Below are positions 9,588 through 19,564 of a stretch of 64,000 nucleotides of DNA, piece after piece. The position numbers and the translations under genes were made by a program. Below the pieces are notes generated by a model. The model made no database searches and was not told the DNA's origin. It saw only the letters and a list, made by a program, of their open reading frames with translations. Position 1 is the stretch's first letter. The number at the start of each line of letters is the position of its first letter. The stretch is from a virus. The DNA lies in the IMG/VR virus record IMGVR_UViG_3300040810_000656, positions 32,993 through 96,992 of that record; one strand, written 5' to 3'.

Positions 9588-10621
9588 AAATTAAAAGTTG
9601 GTATGGCTTTGAGTAGCTTTTTGCTTAGTTCGTTGTTCCCGGTGTATTTCAGTATATCCGATATGCGATGAAAGCTTGTATGATTGCTAAGAACGGTTTG
9701 GCGACCTTTTTTAGCGATAGATTTAGCTTCTTCTTGGTTATTAATATAGTAGTCAATTTTTTCTCGAAACTCTTCTCCAGTTTTAGCAAGCACAACACCA
9801 TCATTAAATACTTTTTCATAGGCCTTGCAATAATCTGAAACACAAAAACCTCCTGAGAATAGTATCTTAAATATTCTCTCATTTACATCTACTCCAAAGG
9901 CGTGGGCGTGTGGTTCAGATAGGTTAGGGCAAACCTTAGCAGATACAAATAGATTTTTTACTTGATTATCTTCTATGTATCCACAGTATTGATTAACAGG
10001 CCAACGCTGATTGCCAAAAATTTTGACTTTATATTTATCAATATCATTAAGCATAGGAAAAAGATATTCATTAATTATAAGTCCTTTGTGAGGCCAGTAG
10101 CCACCAACAAAACCTATGTCGCATTTAAGTTTTGGGTCTGCTATAGCGTTGCCATACATCAGAGTATCGGCACACATCATAAGAGACTTTGCTGGGATTC
10201 CAATACTTTGAAAATATTCGTGAGTTTTGTTCACATCTTCTTGTAAATAATGTATATGAACAAAGTCGGGCTTGCCGGTTTCATCTTTAAGCTTCTTTAG
10301 GAGTCTTTTTTCTTTTTCTGATGCAAACAGCATGTTCCATTGGTTTTGATTTATTTCTTTTTCATGGCTTCCCCAATCTCCTGCCCGAAGCCCCACTTTT
10401 AGATGCGGGCGTTCATACAAACATTTGACAAGTGCTTCATCTAAATTGTAAGATTGTCCAAGAAAAATATCTGGTTCAAATGAATCAAAGACATCAAAAG
10501 CGGATACGTTCTTGCAGTCCCACAATTGAGCTTCTATACCAACGGCCCGAAAAGCATTAAGCCAAGCCACACGCTGAAAATAGTGAGCATGAATTCCATC
10601 ACTAGAAATTAAAACTTTCAT
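9584..10621 (-). CDS. CgeB-like GT-B glycosyltransferase (Glyco_trans_1_2)
   Basis: CDIGFVG; VNERIFKILFSGGFCVSD; IAKKGRQTVLSNHTSFHRI. Confidence 0.8.
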   Translation of the reverse strand: MKVLISSDGIHAHYFQRVAWLNAFRAVGIEAQLWDCKNVSAFDVFDSFEPDIFLGQSYNLDEALVKCLYERPHLKVGLRAGDWGSHEKEINQNQWNMLFASEKEKRLLKKLKDETGKPDFVHIHYLQEDVNKTHEYFQSIGIPAKSLMMCADTLMYGNAIADPKLKCDIGFVGGYWPHKGLIINEYLFPMLNDIDKYKVKIFGNQRWPVNQYCGYIEDNQVKNLFVSAKVCPNLSEPHAHAFGVDVNERIFKILFSGGFCVSDYCKAYEKVFNDGVVLAKTGEEFREKIDYYINNQEEAKSIAKKGRQTVLSNHTSFHRISDILKYTGNNELSKKLLKAIPTFNL

Positions 10622-11334
10622 AAATCTTTCCTAACTTTGTCTATTTCAATAATTCTCATTTCCTCTGGTTCATAACACTGAAACACCCCACCATGAGATA
10701 TGATATTATTGAGTATCTCAAATGATAACAATTTTTTATGCTGTGCTTCAAACTTGGAAAATAATTGACGGGCTATCCTAAGTTCCTTACCTGTTATATA
10801 TGCTATCTGACACCATTTGCACTCTAGACCATAAGAAAAAATACTAGCTATTTGGTTATTAATAGTAACACCAACTTCTTTTTTTTCTATCTGATTTTTA
10901 TTATCTATTAAAATAAATGACTTAGAATAATCTAAGTTGAGTGTCTCTGAATTAAATAATAAATCTCCATGTAAAAATAACACACCGTTTTTATGGGTAT
11001 TATTGATAGCTAGTCTCAAGCTTTCTGAAGTGTTTGTTGTGTCATAAATTTGATTCTCAACAATTCTTGCTGCATTTTTTACTTTTTTTATTACTCGCTG
11101 AGAATCATATCCTACAACACAAATTATTTCTGGATCTTCAAAATGGCTATTTATAACAGCAAGCTGATGCTCGATGAGCGTTTTATCTCTTATTTTAAGC
11201 AAAGATCTTGGCTCATAAGATTTAATTCTAGAACCAACACCAGCAGCCAAAATTGCAACACATACATGATTAGGGCTTTTATTTTTTTTGTTTTGCCCCT
11301 TTTTAATGTCGGTTGTATAGTTTTTTTTAATCAT
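10618..11334 (-). CDS. Nucleotidyltransferase (LicC/sugar-phosphate NTP transferase-like)
   Basis: ILAAGVGSRIKSYEPRSLL; VVGY; LHGDLLF; EID. Confidence 0.8.
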   Translation of the reverse strand: MIKKNYTTDIKKGQNKKNKSPNHVCVAILAAGVGSRIKSYEPRSLLKIRDKTLIEHQLAVINSHFEDPEIICVVGYDSQRVIKKVKNAARIVENQIYDTTNTSESLRLAINNTHKNGVLFLHGDLLFNSETLNLDYSKSFILIDNKNQIEKKEVGVTINNQIASIFSYGLECKWCQIAYITGKELRIARQLFSKFEAQHKKLLSFEILNNIISHGGVFQCYEPEEMRIIEIDKVRKDL

Positions 11335-12110
11335 CGTGACCTTAGTATTTGAGCATTTCTTTCAAACATTTCAGCAGTCATTTTGTATGATTGATTTTTA
11401 CCTGTATTATTAGCAATAGCAAGCTTTTCAGGAACATGGGTCATCATACATATTCTTGACAATCTTAACCATAGATCATAGTCTTCTGTGCATCCTATAA
11501 ATTCTTTACTTGCTGGCCCATGTAACCTAGAGTCAAAAAACTCTTTGTTTGGTTGACACACTTTGGCAAGTACTTCTTTCTTTATTAAAGAATTGCTATG
11601 AACAATACATCTGTTTAATAGAACAGATCTATCATAAGGTTCTTTAAATTCATGCTGTTTGTATTTTGGATGTACGTTATCATAATCACCATAAGCAACG
11701 CCAATCTCTACGTGCTGCATTAATTTTTCTACAAGAGTAGAAACCTTATTAGAATAATAAGCATCGTCTGAATCTAAGATACCAAAGATGTCTGCCCATT
11801 CCCATGCTTCCCAGATCGCAACATTTCTTCCAGTGCTAGCACCAGAGTTGTTGATTCTGAAAGCATATAAATCATCCTTCCTTCGTTCCTCGATTGGTCC
11901 ACTATAATATGGCTGATTCAGAGTTCTTTTTTCAAATGGCTCACTTATAGAAGAAATTTCTTCCCACGAATGATCACTAGATCCATCATCAACAACATAT
12001 ACCCTTAAAGGCCCATCATAGTCTTGGCATGTTGCACTAATTATAGCATCTTTTACATAGTCACCGTAATTATAGTTTGTGCATATGATGGCTACATTAG
12101 GCTTGTTCAT
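11331..12110 (-). CDS. GT2 family glycosyltransferase
   Basis: YNYGDYV; VVDDGSSD; GASTGRN; LDSDD; EDYDLWLR. Confidence 0.92.
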   Translation of the reverse strand: MNKPNVAIICTNYNYGDYVKDAIISATCQDYDGPLRVYVVDDGSSDHSWEEISSISEPFEKRTLNQPYYSGPIEERRKDDLYAFRINNSGASTGRNVAIWEAWEWADIFGILDSDDAYYSNKVSTLVEKLMQHVEIGVAYGDYDNVHPKYKQHEFKEPYDRSVLLNRCIVHSNSLIKKEVLAKVCQPNKEFFDSRLHGPASKEFIGCTEDYDLWLRLSRICMMTHVPEKLAIANNTGKNQSYKMTAEMFERNAQILRSR

Positions 12111-12861
12111 TAAATTCCCCCCATGTGATAAACGTATCTGGGTGACTAGAGGCTGCGTATGCCCTAACCTTATCTAAAAATAAGTCATCATTAATTTTTT
12201 CATCAGAAAATATCTTTAAACGATTACCGTTGAGGAATTTAAACAATGCAGATTGAAATAATAACCCACTTAAATTTTCACTAACAGGCTCTACTACTAC
12301 TAATGTTTTCATCTGCACGTTTACTCTATGGTTTATTTTTTCTATCAAACGTCTATCTATTGCATCTCCAGAGTCGCAAACATAAATCCATCCATTTTTA
12401 GCGTGTTTAAATGCTTCATCTATAAGAAACTCAGATATTTGTGGTTTGGCGACCAACTGAAGTATATGATGTTCTGTTACATTAAAGTCAAAACTTGATT
12501 TTAGTGTTTTTTGTATTTCTGCATTATACTCTACAGCATCATTAATAACAACCACATATCTGGCTTGCATAGTTTGATTTTTTATGTCGTCAATAGTGTT
12601 TTTTAGTTTGTCTAAATTTCTATTAAACCTAATAAAAAAACCGACTTTTGGCTGCACCTCCTTTAATGCCGTTTTAACAAGATCATTAGACTCTTCTAAT
12701 GATAGCTCAGTCAACCATTCTTTTGGTCTATAGCAATTACAAAATCTTTCTAAGATTATATTTCCGTCTTCAATTTTATGTTTTAGTTTTTCAAGCCTAT
12801 TTAAATCACACAAGCTACCATCTTTTAAAAACACACATCCTTCACAACTTGTATTTAACAT
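12097..12861 (-). CDS. Hypothetical protein, Cys-rich N-terminus and degenerate GT2-like domain
   Basis: CEGC..C..C.C at N-terminus; LKNTIDDIKNQT...VVVIND resembles GT2 N-terminus. Confidence 0.45.
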   Translation of the reverse strand: MLNTSCEGCVFLKDGSLCDLNRLEKLKHKIEDGNIILERFCNCYRPKEWLTELSLEESNDLVKTALKEVQPKVGFFIRFNRNLDKLKNTIDDIKNQTMQARYVVVINDAVEYNAEIQKTLKSSFDFNVTEHHILQLVAKPQISEFLIDEAFKHAKNGWIYVCDSGDAIDRRLIEKINHRVNVQMKTLVVVEPVSENLSGLLFQSALFKFLNGNRLKIFSDEKINDDLFLDKVRAYAASSHPDTFITWGEFNEQA

Positions 12862-13283
12862 TATGATTTTCTCCTAGCTACTATTGTAAAATTACAAGTC
12901 TGATGATCATAATGCTTTTGTTCAACGTAAAGATTTGGAGGAAGCAGACCTTCTAGTGAGATAAGCGAACTAACCGATTTTCGTTTTTGTTCAGAAAACA
13001 AAGCAGCGTTTATACTGTCTTCATCTATTTCTTCATTATATTTTCTTCTAGCTAAAATATTCATGTCTATATCAGTAATTGTTAGTTTGCCGTTAAGTCT
13101 TAGTTTAGTGGCTAGTTTTTTTAATAGCTCTTGGTATTCATTAATACTGAAAGAAGAAATAAAGTGATCGCATACAATGTCTGTTCCTTCTGAATTTAAC
13201 AGAATGCCGTCTAGCATTGGCAAGCTATTTGCCCATTTGCCGCTAGTGCCTTCTGGCTTATTTGTTGACAGGTATACCTTCAT
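12861..13283 (-). CDS. Hypothetical protein, degenerate methyltransferase-like
   Basis: DIVCDHFI...LLKKLATKLRLNGKLTITD resembles the C-terminal half of class I MTases; start moved to MKVYLS. Confidence 0.4.
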   Translation of the reverse strand: MKVYLSTNKPEGTSGKWANSLPMLDGILLNSEGTDIVCDHFISSFSINEYQELLKKLATKLRLNGKLTITDIDMNILARRKYNEEIDEDSINAALFSEQKRKSVSSLISLEGLLPPNLYVEQKHYDHQTCNFTIVARRKS

Positions 13284-14316
13284 ATATTCCTCCGTTTTTT
13301 TTATTTTCAATAGCCTGGAAAAACAACCTATTCCAGCCTTCAGTGAAGCGATTTAAATTAAACTTTTCTAATATTGTTTTTCTAGCATTGTCGCCAAGTT
13401 CACGAGCCTTTTCTGGATTTGCAAGAAGCTCTTCTAAGAAGGTTCTCAACTCTTTAGGGTCATTTGACAACAACCCATTATAATTGTGTTCGATAATTTC
13501 TGGTATCATACAGTTGGCTGTAGAGACTATAGCACAACCGCAAGCCATTGCTTCCATTAAGACAGTTGGAACAGGTGAGTGCAAAGAAGTATTATAGAAT
13601 ATACTATGCTCACTATATACTTGGCGAAGATGCTCAATTGAATTTGCGGGTTCAGAAAAGCCAGGACTTTTACCATATACTTGTGTTGGTAAGCCTCGTG
13701 TTGTATCTCTCCATAAGTTAAACCCACAGCACCAATCTCTATTAGGCCAATCATTTACTACAGATAAACATGCATTTATTCTGTTTTTAGATACAGGACG
13801 CCAAAAATCTGTATCTACACCATGCTCAATTATTTCAGCACTTCTTTTGCTTCTAATCCAGGCTTTGGCGTTATATTTAGATATGAATGAATCTAAATCC
13901 ACCTTAATACTGTTAAAGCCAGCTACTTGTGTCTCTTCTGGCATTCTTATATCTGGTAAAATATGAGTATGTCTAATAATCGGAATAGAGATTTTATTCA
14001 GGGTTTGTTCATTATTCTGAGCTACTACATTATGTAGCACCATTAATCTTTTATCAGATGTATGGCTAAGTATTAAATCAAAATCAAGATAGCTTGGAAT
14101 ATTATTTATGATGTGATAATTTTCTGGAATTGGAGCATAGTCTGTATCCCAAGTTTTTTGGCCTGGAATATTTAAGGCATAAAAATTATGACCCGTTTTA
14201 CACAGATTGTATTCATATCTTTCATGTGTTGTTGCAGTAAGTATGTTTAAAGGCTCATCTTTTTTTGGATGATGCATTATAGCACGTATATTTGTCTGTG
14301 TGGCATTAACTGTCAT
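13258..14316 (-). CDS. GT4 (GT-B) glycosyltransferase
   Basis: IIEHGVDTDFWRP; PTVLMEAMACGCAIVST; PEIIEHNYNGLL. Confidence 0.9.
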   Translation of the reverse strand: MTVNATQTNIRAIMHHPKKDEPLNILTATTHERYEYNLCKTGHNFYALNIPGQKTWDTDYAPIPENYHIINNIPSYLDFDLILSHTSDKRLMVLHNVVAQNNEQTLNKISIPIIRHTHILPDIRMPEETQVAGFNSIKVDLDSFISKYNAKAWIRSKRSAEIIEHGVDTDFWRPVSKNRINACLSVVNDWPNRDWCCGFNLWRDTTRGLPTQVYGKSPGFSEPANSIEHLRQVYSEHSIFYNTSLHSPVPTVLMEAMACGCAIVSTANCMIPEIIEHNYNGLLSNDPKELRTFLEELLANPEKARELGDNARKTILEKFNLNRFTEGWNRLFFQAIENKKNGGIYEGIPVNK

Positions 14317-15397
14317 TAAGTAGCTCCTTTATAGTTTTCCCTACTATAGTATGGTCCATCTTTGTGGCTTCTTTCACAGCTTTTTTAGACAGTACGTCAG
14401 CTTCTTTTGATTTCCATTTCATGTACGCTTCACGCATAGCGAATTGTAATCCACGCAAATCAATTTCTCTCCAATAAGCACCATAATTGTCTAAGTTTGG
14501 AACTGTGTCTATAGCACCAAAGCATGGTTGCTCAGTAGAATCTACAGATCTACCTACTCCAAAATCATCAATACCAGTGTTTTTAGTCCATATCACAGGT
14601 ACACCGCAGGCCATAGACTCTAAAGCTGGGATACAAAAAGCCTCTCCCCTGCTAGGCATCACAAAGCGGTGACATTGTTTTATAATAGATTTATACATCT
14701 TATCTTCAAGCATACCAGATAAAACTATTTCTTTTTTATAGCTCTTTCTTAATTTCATTCTAGCTTTTATTCCATCGCAATATTTTTGTACCATTGAAGC
14801 ATTTGCCTTAGAGGTTTTTAAAACTAGATTAACGGGTTCTTCTGGATAAAACTCAGCATGAAAAGATTGAATAAGGGCTTTTACATTCTTTCTTTCTATG
14901 AATTCACCAATAAACAAAAAATTGAATGTATTATCAATTTCTTTGATGCCTCCAATTGACTTATGAGTTTGGTATTCGGATATGTTTAATGAATGAGGAA
15001 CCACGTATATTGGAACTTTAACACCGCTCATTCTACAATGACCTTTACATTCTAAGCTAGGAACCCATATTTCATCCATTAGATTTAATGATTCTGTCCA
15101 TCCAGTAAGTTTAAATGGAGACGTTTCAACGTCTAAGAATCCAATGTTTTTGTAATTCGCATTATATGATAAAAGATGTGGAAGCACATGCTGTATGCAA
15201 ATATTACAGCCATAAGAGGATTTAGCTTCCAGTTGCTTGATTCTTTCTGGATAGTCAATCTGCCGTGCTTCGTATGACACAGCTCTAGGAATCACATTTA
15301 TTCCAACATTATCCATCGCTAGAATGTTATTCAAACACGCATTACCCCATCCAGTTCCATCTCTATAATTTCCAATGTATAATACTTTATTTGACAT
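14306..15397 (-). CDS. GT4 (GT-B) glycosyltransferase
   Basis: IGEFIERKN; FVMPSRGEAFCIPALESMACGVPVI. Confidence 0.9.
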   Translation of the reverse strand: MSNKVLYIGNYRDGTGWGNACLNNILAMDNVGINVIPRAVSYEARQIDYPERIKQLEAKSSYGCNICIQHVLPHLLSYNANYKNIGFLDVETSPFKLTGWTESLNLMDEIWVPSLECKGHCRMSGVKVPIYVVPHSLNISEYQTHKSIGGIKEIDNTFNFLFIGEFIERKNVKALIQSFHAEFYPEEPVNLVLKTSKANASMVQKYCDGIKARMKLRKSYKKEIVLSGMLEDKMYKSIIKQCHRFVMPSRGEAFCIPALESMACGVPVIWTKNTGIDDFGVGRSVDSTEQPCFGAIDTVPNLDNYGAYWREIDLRGLQFAMREAYMKWKSKEADVLSKKAVKEATKMDHTIVGKTIKELLNDS

Positions 15398-17030
15398 TAC
15401 TAATCACCTTTTGATATCTAGCTTGTTCCCAGCTATTTAGCTGGTTTCTAAAGTTTAACAATTCTTTACCAGCTTCTTCAATAGAAAAGGCTTTAAACTT
15501 ATTATAGGATTGAATATGTGATTCATTAAAATAACAATTTGCATCAACATTATCACATCTGTATCCATATGTGCAGTCTCTTAATACTCTTCTCCAAAAA
15601 TATCCGCCAATCCAATCTGGTTTACATAAAACATTATTAAACAAAAAGTTTACTTTATCTTGTAGAGAAAGATTCTCAGGAACACTTGTTGCTGGCTGCT
15701 TTATTCTTGGTGGACTAAGCCAAGTAGATTTAATATCTTGAAGTTCTACTCTATTTGCATAGTCGATCCATTTATTGGCTGCATTATCCCATGTATAATG
15801 GGACTTTGCTTTATTCATTACTTCTATGCCCTTAGCACGTATTTGTTCTGGCGTTTCGTTTGTTAGTGCAAGCAAATAATTAATGAATTTTTCATTATCT
15901 GGAATGGCTCTCATGCATCCAGTTTCGCATTCTTTGTTATACGCCAGTGGCTCAATACCTACACCTCCTATGTTATCAATAACAGACTGCATGGCAGAAT
16001 AGTATGTAGAAATAACAGGAAGCCCACAATAAGCGGCTTCTAGTTGAGGCATACCAAAACCTTCGCTGTTTGCGTATTGCACATAGACATCAAATATATT
16101 GTATATTTTTGCAAGATCTTCTTCCGACATCTTATTATTAATACCAACAAGTTGATTAGTAAACTTGCCGCAGTTCTTACAGTGCTGCACAGAATCTTGG
16201 AAAAAGTCAGAACTAATTTTATTACAGTTCTTGCATTTATATGTAAACAAAACCCTGTTTGACAAACTATGCTCATCTAAAAGACTTGGAATATCCCAGC
16301 CAATGTCTGGATAATATGTGTGGCAATATAAAAACACATTGTTCTTTTTTGTTCTATTTAAGAATTCTCTGAAAGCCTTAAATAAATCTGGATATAGTTT
16401 GCGTTTTTGGTTTCTCATTACAGTGCCAATAATTAATGATTGAGAATGAACACCGTGTTTTTGCTTGTGTTCATATTTATTGTCAATCATATTAAATGTA
16501 TCACTTGCTGCTGGGGGTGCTAGATCTACAAATTTCATGTTGTCAGACTGTGAAGCAAGTGTATCGCGGCCAAACTCAGAATATGCAAAAATAGCATCTG
16601 CGTCTTCATATGTTGCAATCCACTGATTATTTTGGGGAGCGGCGTCTACAGTAGGCATAAGTGCCCATTTGTAAAAATCTCTAAATGGAGAACGCTGTTC
16701 AAATTCTACCATCCACCAATCTCTTATGTCCATCACTACATCTGGCATAAAGTCTATTAAAACTTCATTATAGGTAAAGTCTCCAAATTGAGCAGTTGGA
16801 TTACTATAAGAGCTAAAATTTGGATGATCTTTGGATGGTTTATTTGGATAAATCTTCCAAGGATACTGTTTTATTTGAGGGTCTTCGGCTCCAGCATAAA
16901 CACCCAATTGAGCAACTTCAATATTTGGCTGTTGAGCCATTCTTTGAAGCACTTCATTGGTATAAACTGAATAGCCAGTTGTTAGCCAAGGAGCCTCTGA
17001 TACAAATAATACTTTAGTTTTTCTATTCAT
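15387..17030 (-). CDS. GT4 (GT-B) glycosyltransferase with zinc-ribbon insertion
   Basis: VMRNQKRK; CKNC...CKNC insert; ANSEGFGMPQLEAAYCGLPVI. Confidence 0.88.
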   Translation of the reverse strand: MNRKTKVLFVSEAPWLTTGYSVYTNEVLQRMAQQPNIEVAQLGVYAGAEDPQIKQYPWKIYPNKPSKDHPNFSSYSNPTAQFGDFTYNEVLIDFMPDVVMDIRDWWMVEFEQRSPFRDFYKWALMPTVDAAPQNNQWIATYEDADAIFAYSEFGRDTLASQSDNMKFVDLAPPAASDTFNMIDNKYEHKQKHGVHSQSLIIGTVMRNQKRKLYPDLFKAFREFLNRTKKNNVFLYCHTYYPDIGWDIPSLLDEHSLSNRVLFTYKCKNCNKISSDFFQDSVQHCKNCGKFTNQLVGINNKMSEEDLAKIYNIFDVYVQYANSEGFGMPQLEAAYCGLPVISTYYSAMQSVIDNIGGVGIEPLAYNKECETGCMRAIPDNEKFINYLLALTNETPEQIRAKGIEVMNKAKSHYTWDNAANKWIDYANRVELQDIKSTWLSPPRIKQPATSVPENLSLQDKVNFLFNNVLCKPDWIGGYFWRRVLRDCTYGYRCDNVDANCYFNESHIQSYNKFKAFSIEEAGKELLNFRNQLNSWEQARYQKVISNVK

Positions 17031-17328
17031 CGTTATCAATATCGTTAAAGATTTTAAAACTAGTTACACGAAACACAAAATTATTACTATAGTTTCTAGC
17101 AATTGCTTCTATTACTATATAATCACCAAATCTACCTTGATTGGCAATCGCTTTTGCTGCCGTGTCCCATGCTTCAAAAGTCAAAACATTGTTTCTTTTT
17201 TTGGTGTAGCCTTCGCGGTCTTTGCGATGTTCTTCTACGTTAACTTTAAAACGACAAACTGTTGTATTGTGGACATTTTCTAAAATTGGGTCTTCCACAA
17301 ACTTCCCAAGAAAATTACATTTATTCAT
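17023..17328 (-). CDS. ssb: Single-stranded DNA-binding protein (short OB fold)
   Basis: MNKCNFLGKFVEDP...FEAWD.AAKAI...GDYIVIEA. Confidence 0.75.
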   Translation of the reverse strand: MNKCNFLGKFVEDPILENVHNTTVCRFKVNVEEHRKDREGYTKKRNNVLTFEAWDTAAKAIANQGRFGDYIVIEAIARNYSNNFVFRVTSFKIFNDIDNDE

Positions 17329-17331
17329 TTA

Positions 17332-18882
17332 TCAAACCTGTTTTACTCTGTTTACAATTATAGATGTTTTATCGCGTTTAGATATTTCACCATGAATAAG
17401 AACGGTGTTTCCCTCTACTAGCAAGTCTTTATACTCTTCAAAAGCCTCTGGAAAAACGGTAATCGAATCCAGCATCCCGCTGCTGTCTTCGGCACAAACA
17501 AATGCCATAAGCTGACCAGGATTTTTGCCCTTTTTAGTTTTGTATTGTCTAACAGAACTAATGCTTACAACAATGTTTACTTTACCTGTTATCGCACCGT
17601 TTGCTATGTCTCGACACATAGTAGCATATGACGCCTCTTCAGTATCATCAACCTTGCTGCACGTTAAAGCACATCCCATTAAATTTTCCTCGTCTTGAGC
17701 AATTGTAGCAACACTATCCTTAATTCCATACATTGGATTAGCTAGAGCCTGATTAATATCTGCTACAGTTTGCTGTCTCTTAGAAGTAAGCTTGAAATTC
17801 ATGAGCATGTCATTCACGCAGTCATATAGAGTATTAAACTTTTTGTAGTTTTCATATACATACTTCTGTTCTCTTGCTGTTAATTGTTGCCAGCTATCAA
17901 ATTCATATAGCATTTTTTTACGATCTGTGTGGTTCTTTGGCCCATTAAATGCACCAACGGAAATTAATGATATAGCAGCTCTTTTATTTACCTTGCCATT
18001 ATAGATCATTTCCATTAGGCAGTTTAGCCATGTGAATTGACTTATTTCATGACTAGACTTTAGGTTTTCAATCTTTGCACACTCAGCATCGCCAACATTC
18101 TTAACATGCGAAATGCCAAAAATAATTTTACCTTCATGATCTGTAAAATCTTTATATAGGTAGTTTAGTCTTGGTGGATATACTTCAATATCGTTACCCT
18201 TGGCATCAACGATTAGCTCCTTCATTTCACGCTGAGAGTCTGGCTTACGATACGCATGATTAAGATAAGTGACATAGAATTTGGATGGACGATAAAGTTT
18301 ACAATATGCTGACCAATAAGCATTAATAGCATATGAAACAGCGTGTGATTTGTTAAATGCGTATCTGTTAGACTTCTCAATCCATCCAAAGATTTCCTGG
18401 GCGATCTCCTTAGAAACAATACCAAGCTTTTCAGCACCCTCTAGGAACTGACCCTTAACCTTTTCCATGAGGTCGGCTTTCTTTTTACCAATAGCCTTAC
18501 GAAGAGCGTCTGCTTCCTTCAGATCAAACCCAGCAAGTTTCTGGGCGATCATCATAGATTGCTCTTGGTATACAAGCACCCCATAAGTTTCAGATAGAAT
18601 ATCCTCAAGAGACTCATGCTGGTAAATAACCTTGTCTTTTCCAGCCTTACGGTCACAGTAATGCTGAGTCATAGATTTACCGTCTACATAGGCACGAAGA
18701 CACCCAGGACGGATAAGACTAATTAGAGCGGATAGTTCTGAAATACTTCTAGGATGTAACTGTTTTGACCAATGGCGACCAAGATTAGACTCTAGCTGAA
18801 ACACTCCCTTGGTACGTCCTGAACAAATATAGTCCCATACTTTTGTGTCGTGAAAATCATTAATGTCAAACTGACTACTCAA
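17332..18882 (-). CDS. dnaE: DNA polymerase III alpha subunit, C-terminal half (fingers, HhH, OB fold)
   Basis: GVFQLES, LIRPG, ETYGVLVYQEQ, YAFNKSHAVSY, FGISHVKNVG, MAFVCAED..G; probable TTG start at 18882 after GGAGA. Confidence 0.93.
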   Translation of the reverse strand: MSSQFDINDFHDTKVWDYICSGRTKGVFQLESNLGRHWSKQLHPRSISELSALISLIRPGCLRAYVDGKSMTQHYCDRKAGKDKVIYQHESLEDILSETYGVLVYQEQSMMIAQKLAGFDLKEADALRKAIGKKKADLMEKVKGQFLEGAEKLGIVSKEIAQEIFGWIEKSNRYAFNKSHAVSYAINAYWSAYCKLYRPSKFYVTYLNHAYRKPDSQREMKELIVDAKGNDIEVYPPRLNYLYKDFTDHEGKIIFGISHVKNVGDAECAKIENLKSSHEISQFTWLNCLMEMIYNGKVNKRAAISLISVGAFNGPKNHTDRKKMLYEFDSWQQLTAREQKYVYENYKKFNTLYDCVNDMLMNFKLTSKRQQTVADINQALANPMYGIKDSVATIAQDEENLMGCALTCSKVDDTEEASYATMCRDIANGAITGKVNIVVSISSVRQYKTKKGKNPGQLMAFVCAEDSSGMLDSITVFPEAFEEYKDLLVEGNTVLIHGEISKRDKTSIIVNRVKQV

Positions 18883-19564
18883 TATACATTTCTCCGTTTG
18901 CAAATGCTTTTTCAAACTTTACCTTCTTCAATAGCCCACGTTGAAGCTTCAAGAACTTAATAAGGATGTTGGCAGTGTCCTTAACGTCTTGTAGAGCATC
19001 ATGAGCGTTATCCTTGGATAGTCCAAAATAATCACGCAAGTAATCCATGTTATAAGACTTAACATCTTGATTGTTCTCAAACCAGCAGTAGATGTGATCC
19101 ATTAGGTCCATCTTAAAGACAGGATTAAATAACTTTTGGTCATCACGATCAGTATTGTATGGGCCATACTCTTTACACATGCGACGAACAATAGGCATAT
19201 CATAACTAATAATGTTAAAACCAGCAGCGATTGGAGCAGTGAACGGAGTATTTTTCCAATTGTACTGATTTACAAATTCTGTAAACTTCTTCCATACTAC
19301 CTTTGGGGGTGGTGCTTTTGCTAGGTCTTCACGGTTCTTTCTGGTAATTTCCAGTGCCTTTTCCTCAAGCGGAGCAACACCAGCGGCAATAGCTTTTTCA
19401 TCATCAATAATAGGACGAATCTCGCTATTGAATACACCTCCAGGTTGAAGAGTTAGCTTTCTGCCATGAATAGCAATTGCAGCAATCTGCGTAGGTTGTG
19501 CTGTGTTAGGATTAGCACCACCAGTCTCAAAATCGAAGCAAATAATGTCCCTCATATTAGCCAT
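18875..19564 (-). CDS. dnaQ: DEDDh 3'-5' exonuclease (Pol III epsilon-like)
   Basis: ExoI FDFETGG; ExoII GFNIISYD; ExoIII AHDALQDV. Confidence 0.88.
   Translation of the reverse strand: MANMRDIICFDFETGGANPNTAQPTQIAAIAIHGRKLTLQPGGVFNSEIRPIIDDEKAIAAGVAPLEEKALEITRKNREDLAKAPPPKVVWKKFTEFVNQYNWKNTPFTAPIAAGFNIISYDMPIVRRMCKEYGPYNTDRDDQKLFNPVFKMDLMDHIYCWFENNQDVKSYNMDYLRDYFGLSKDNAHDALQDVKDTANILIKFLKLQRGLLKKVKFEKAFANGEMYIE

Noticed and set aside
2851-17030. T4-like DNA glycosylation as the main purpose of the GT cluster
   Set aside because: No hydroxymethylase or TET/JBP gene is visible in the window, dUTPase/ThyX/dCMP deaminase suggest ordinary dTTP synthesis, and the GT diversity fits polysaccharide assembly; not fully excluded
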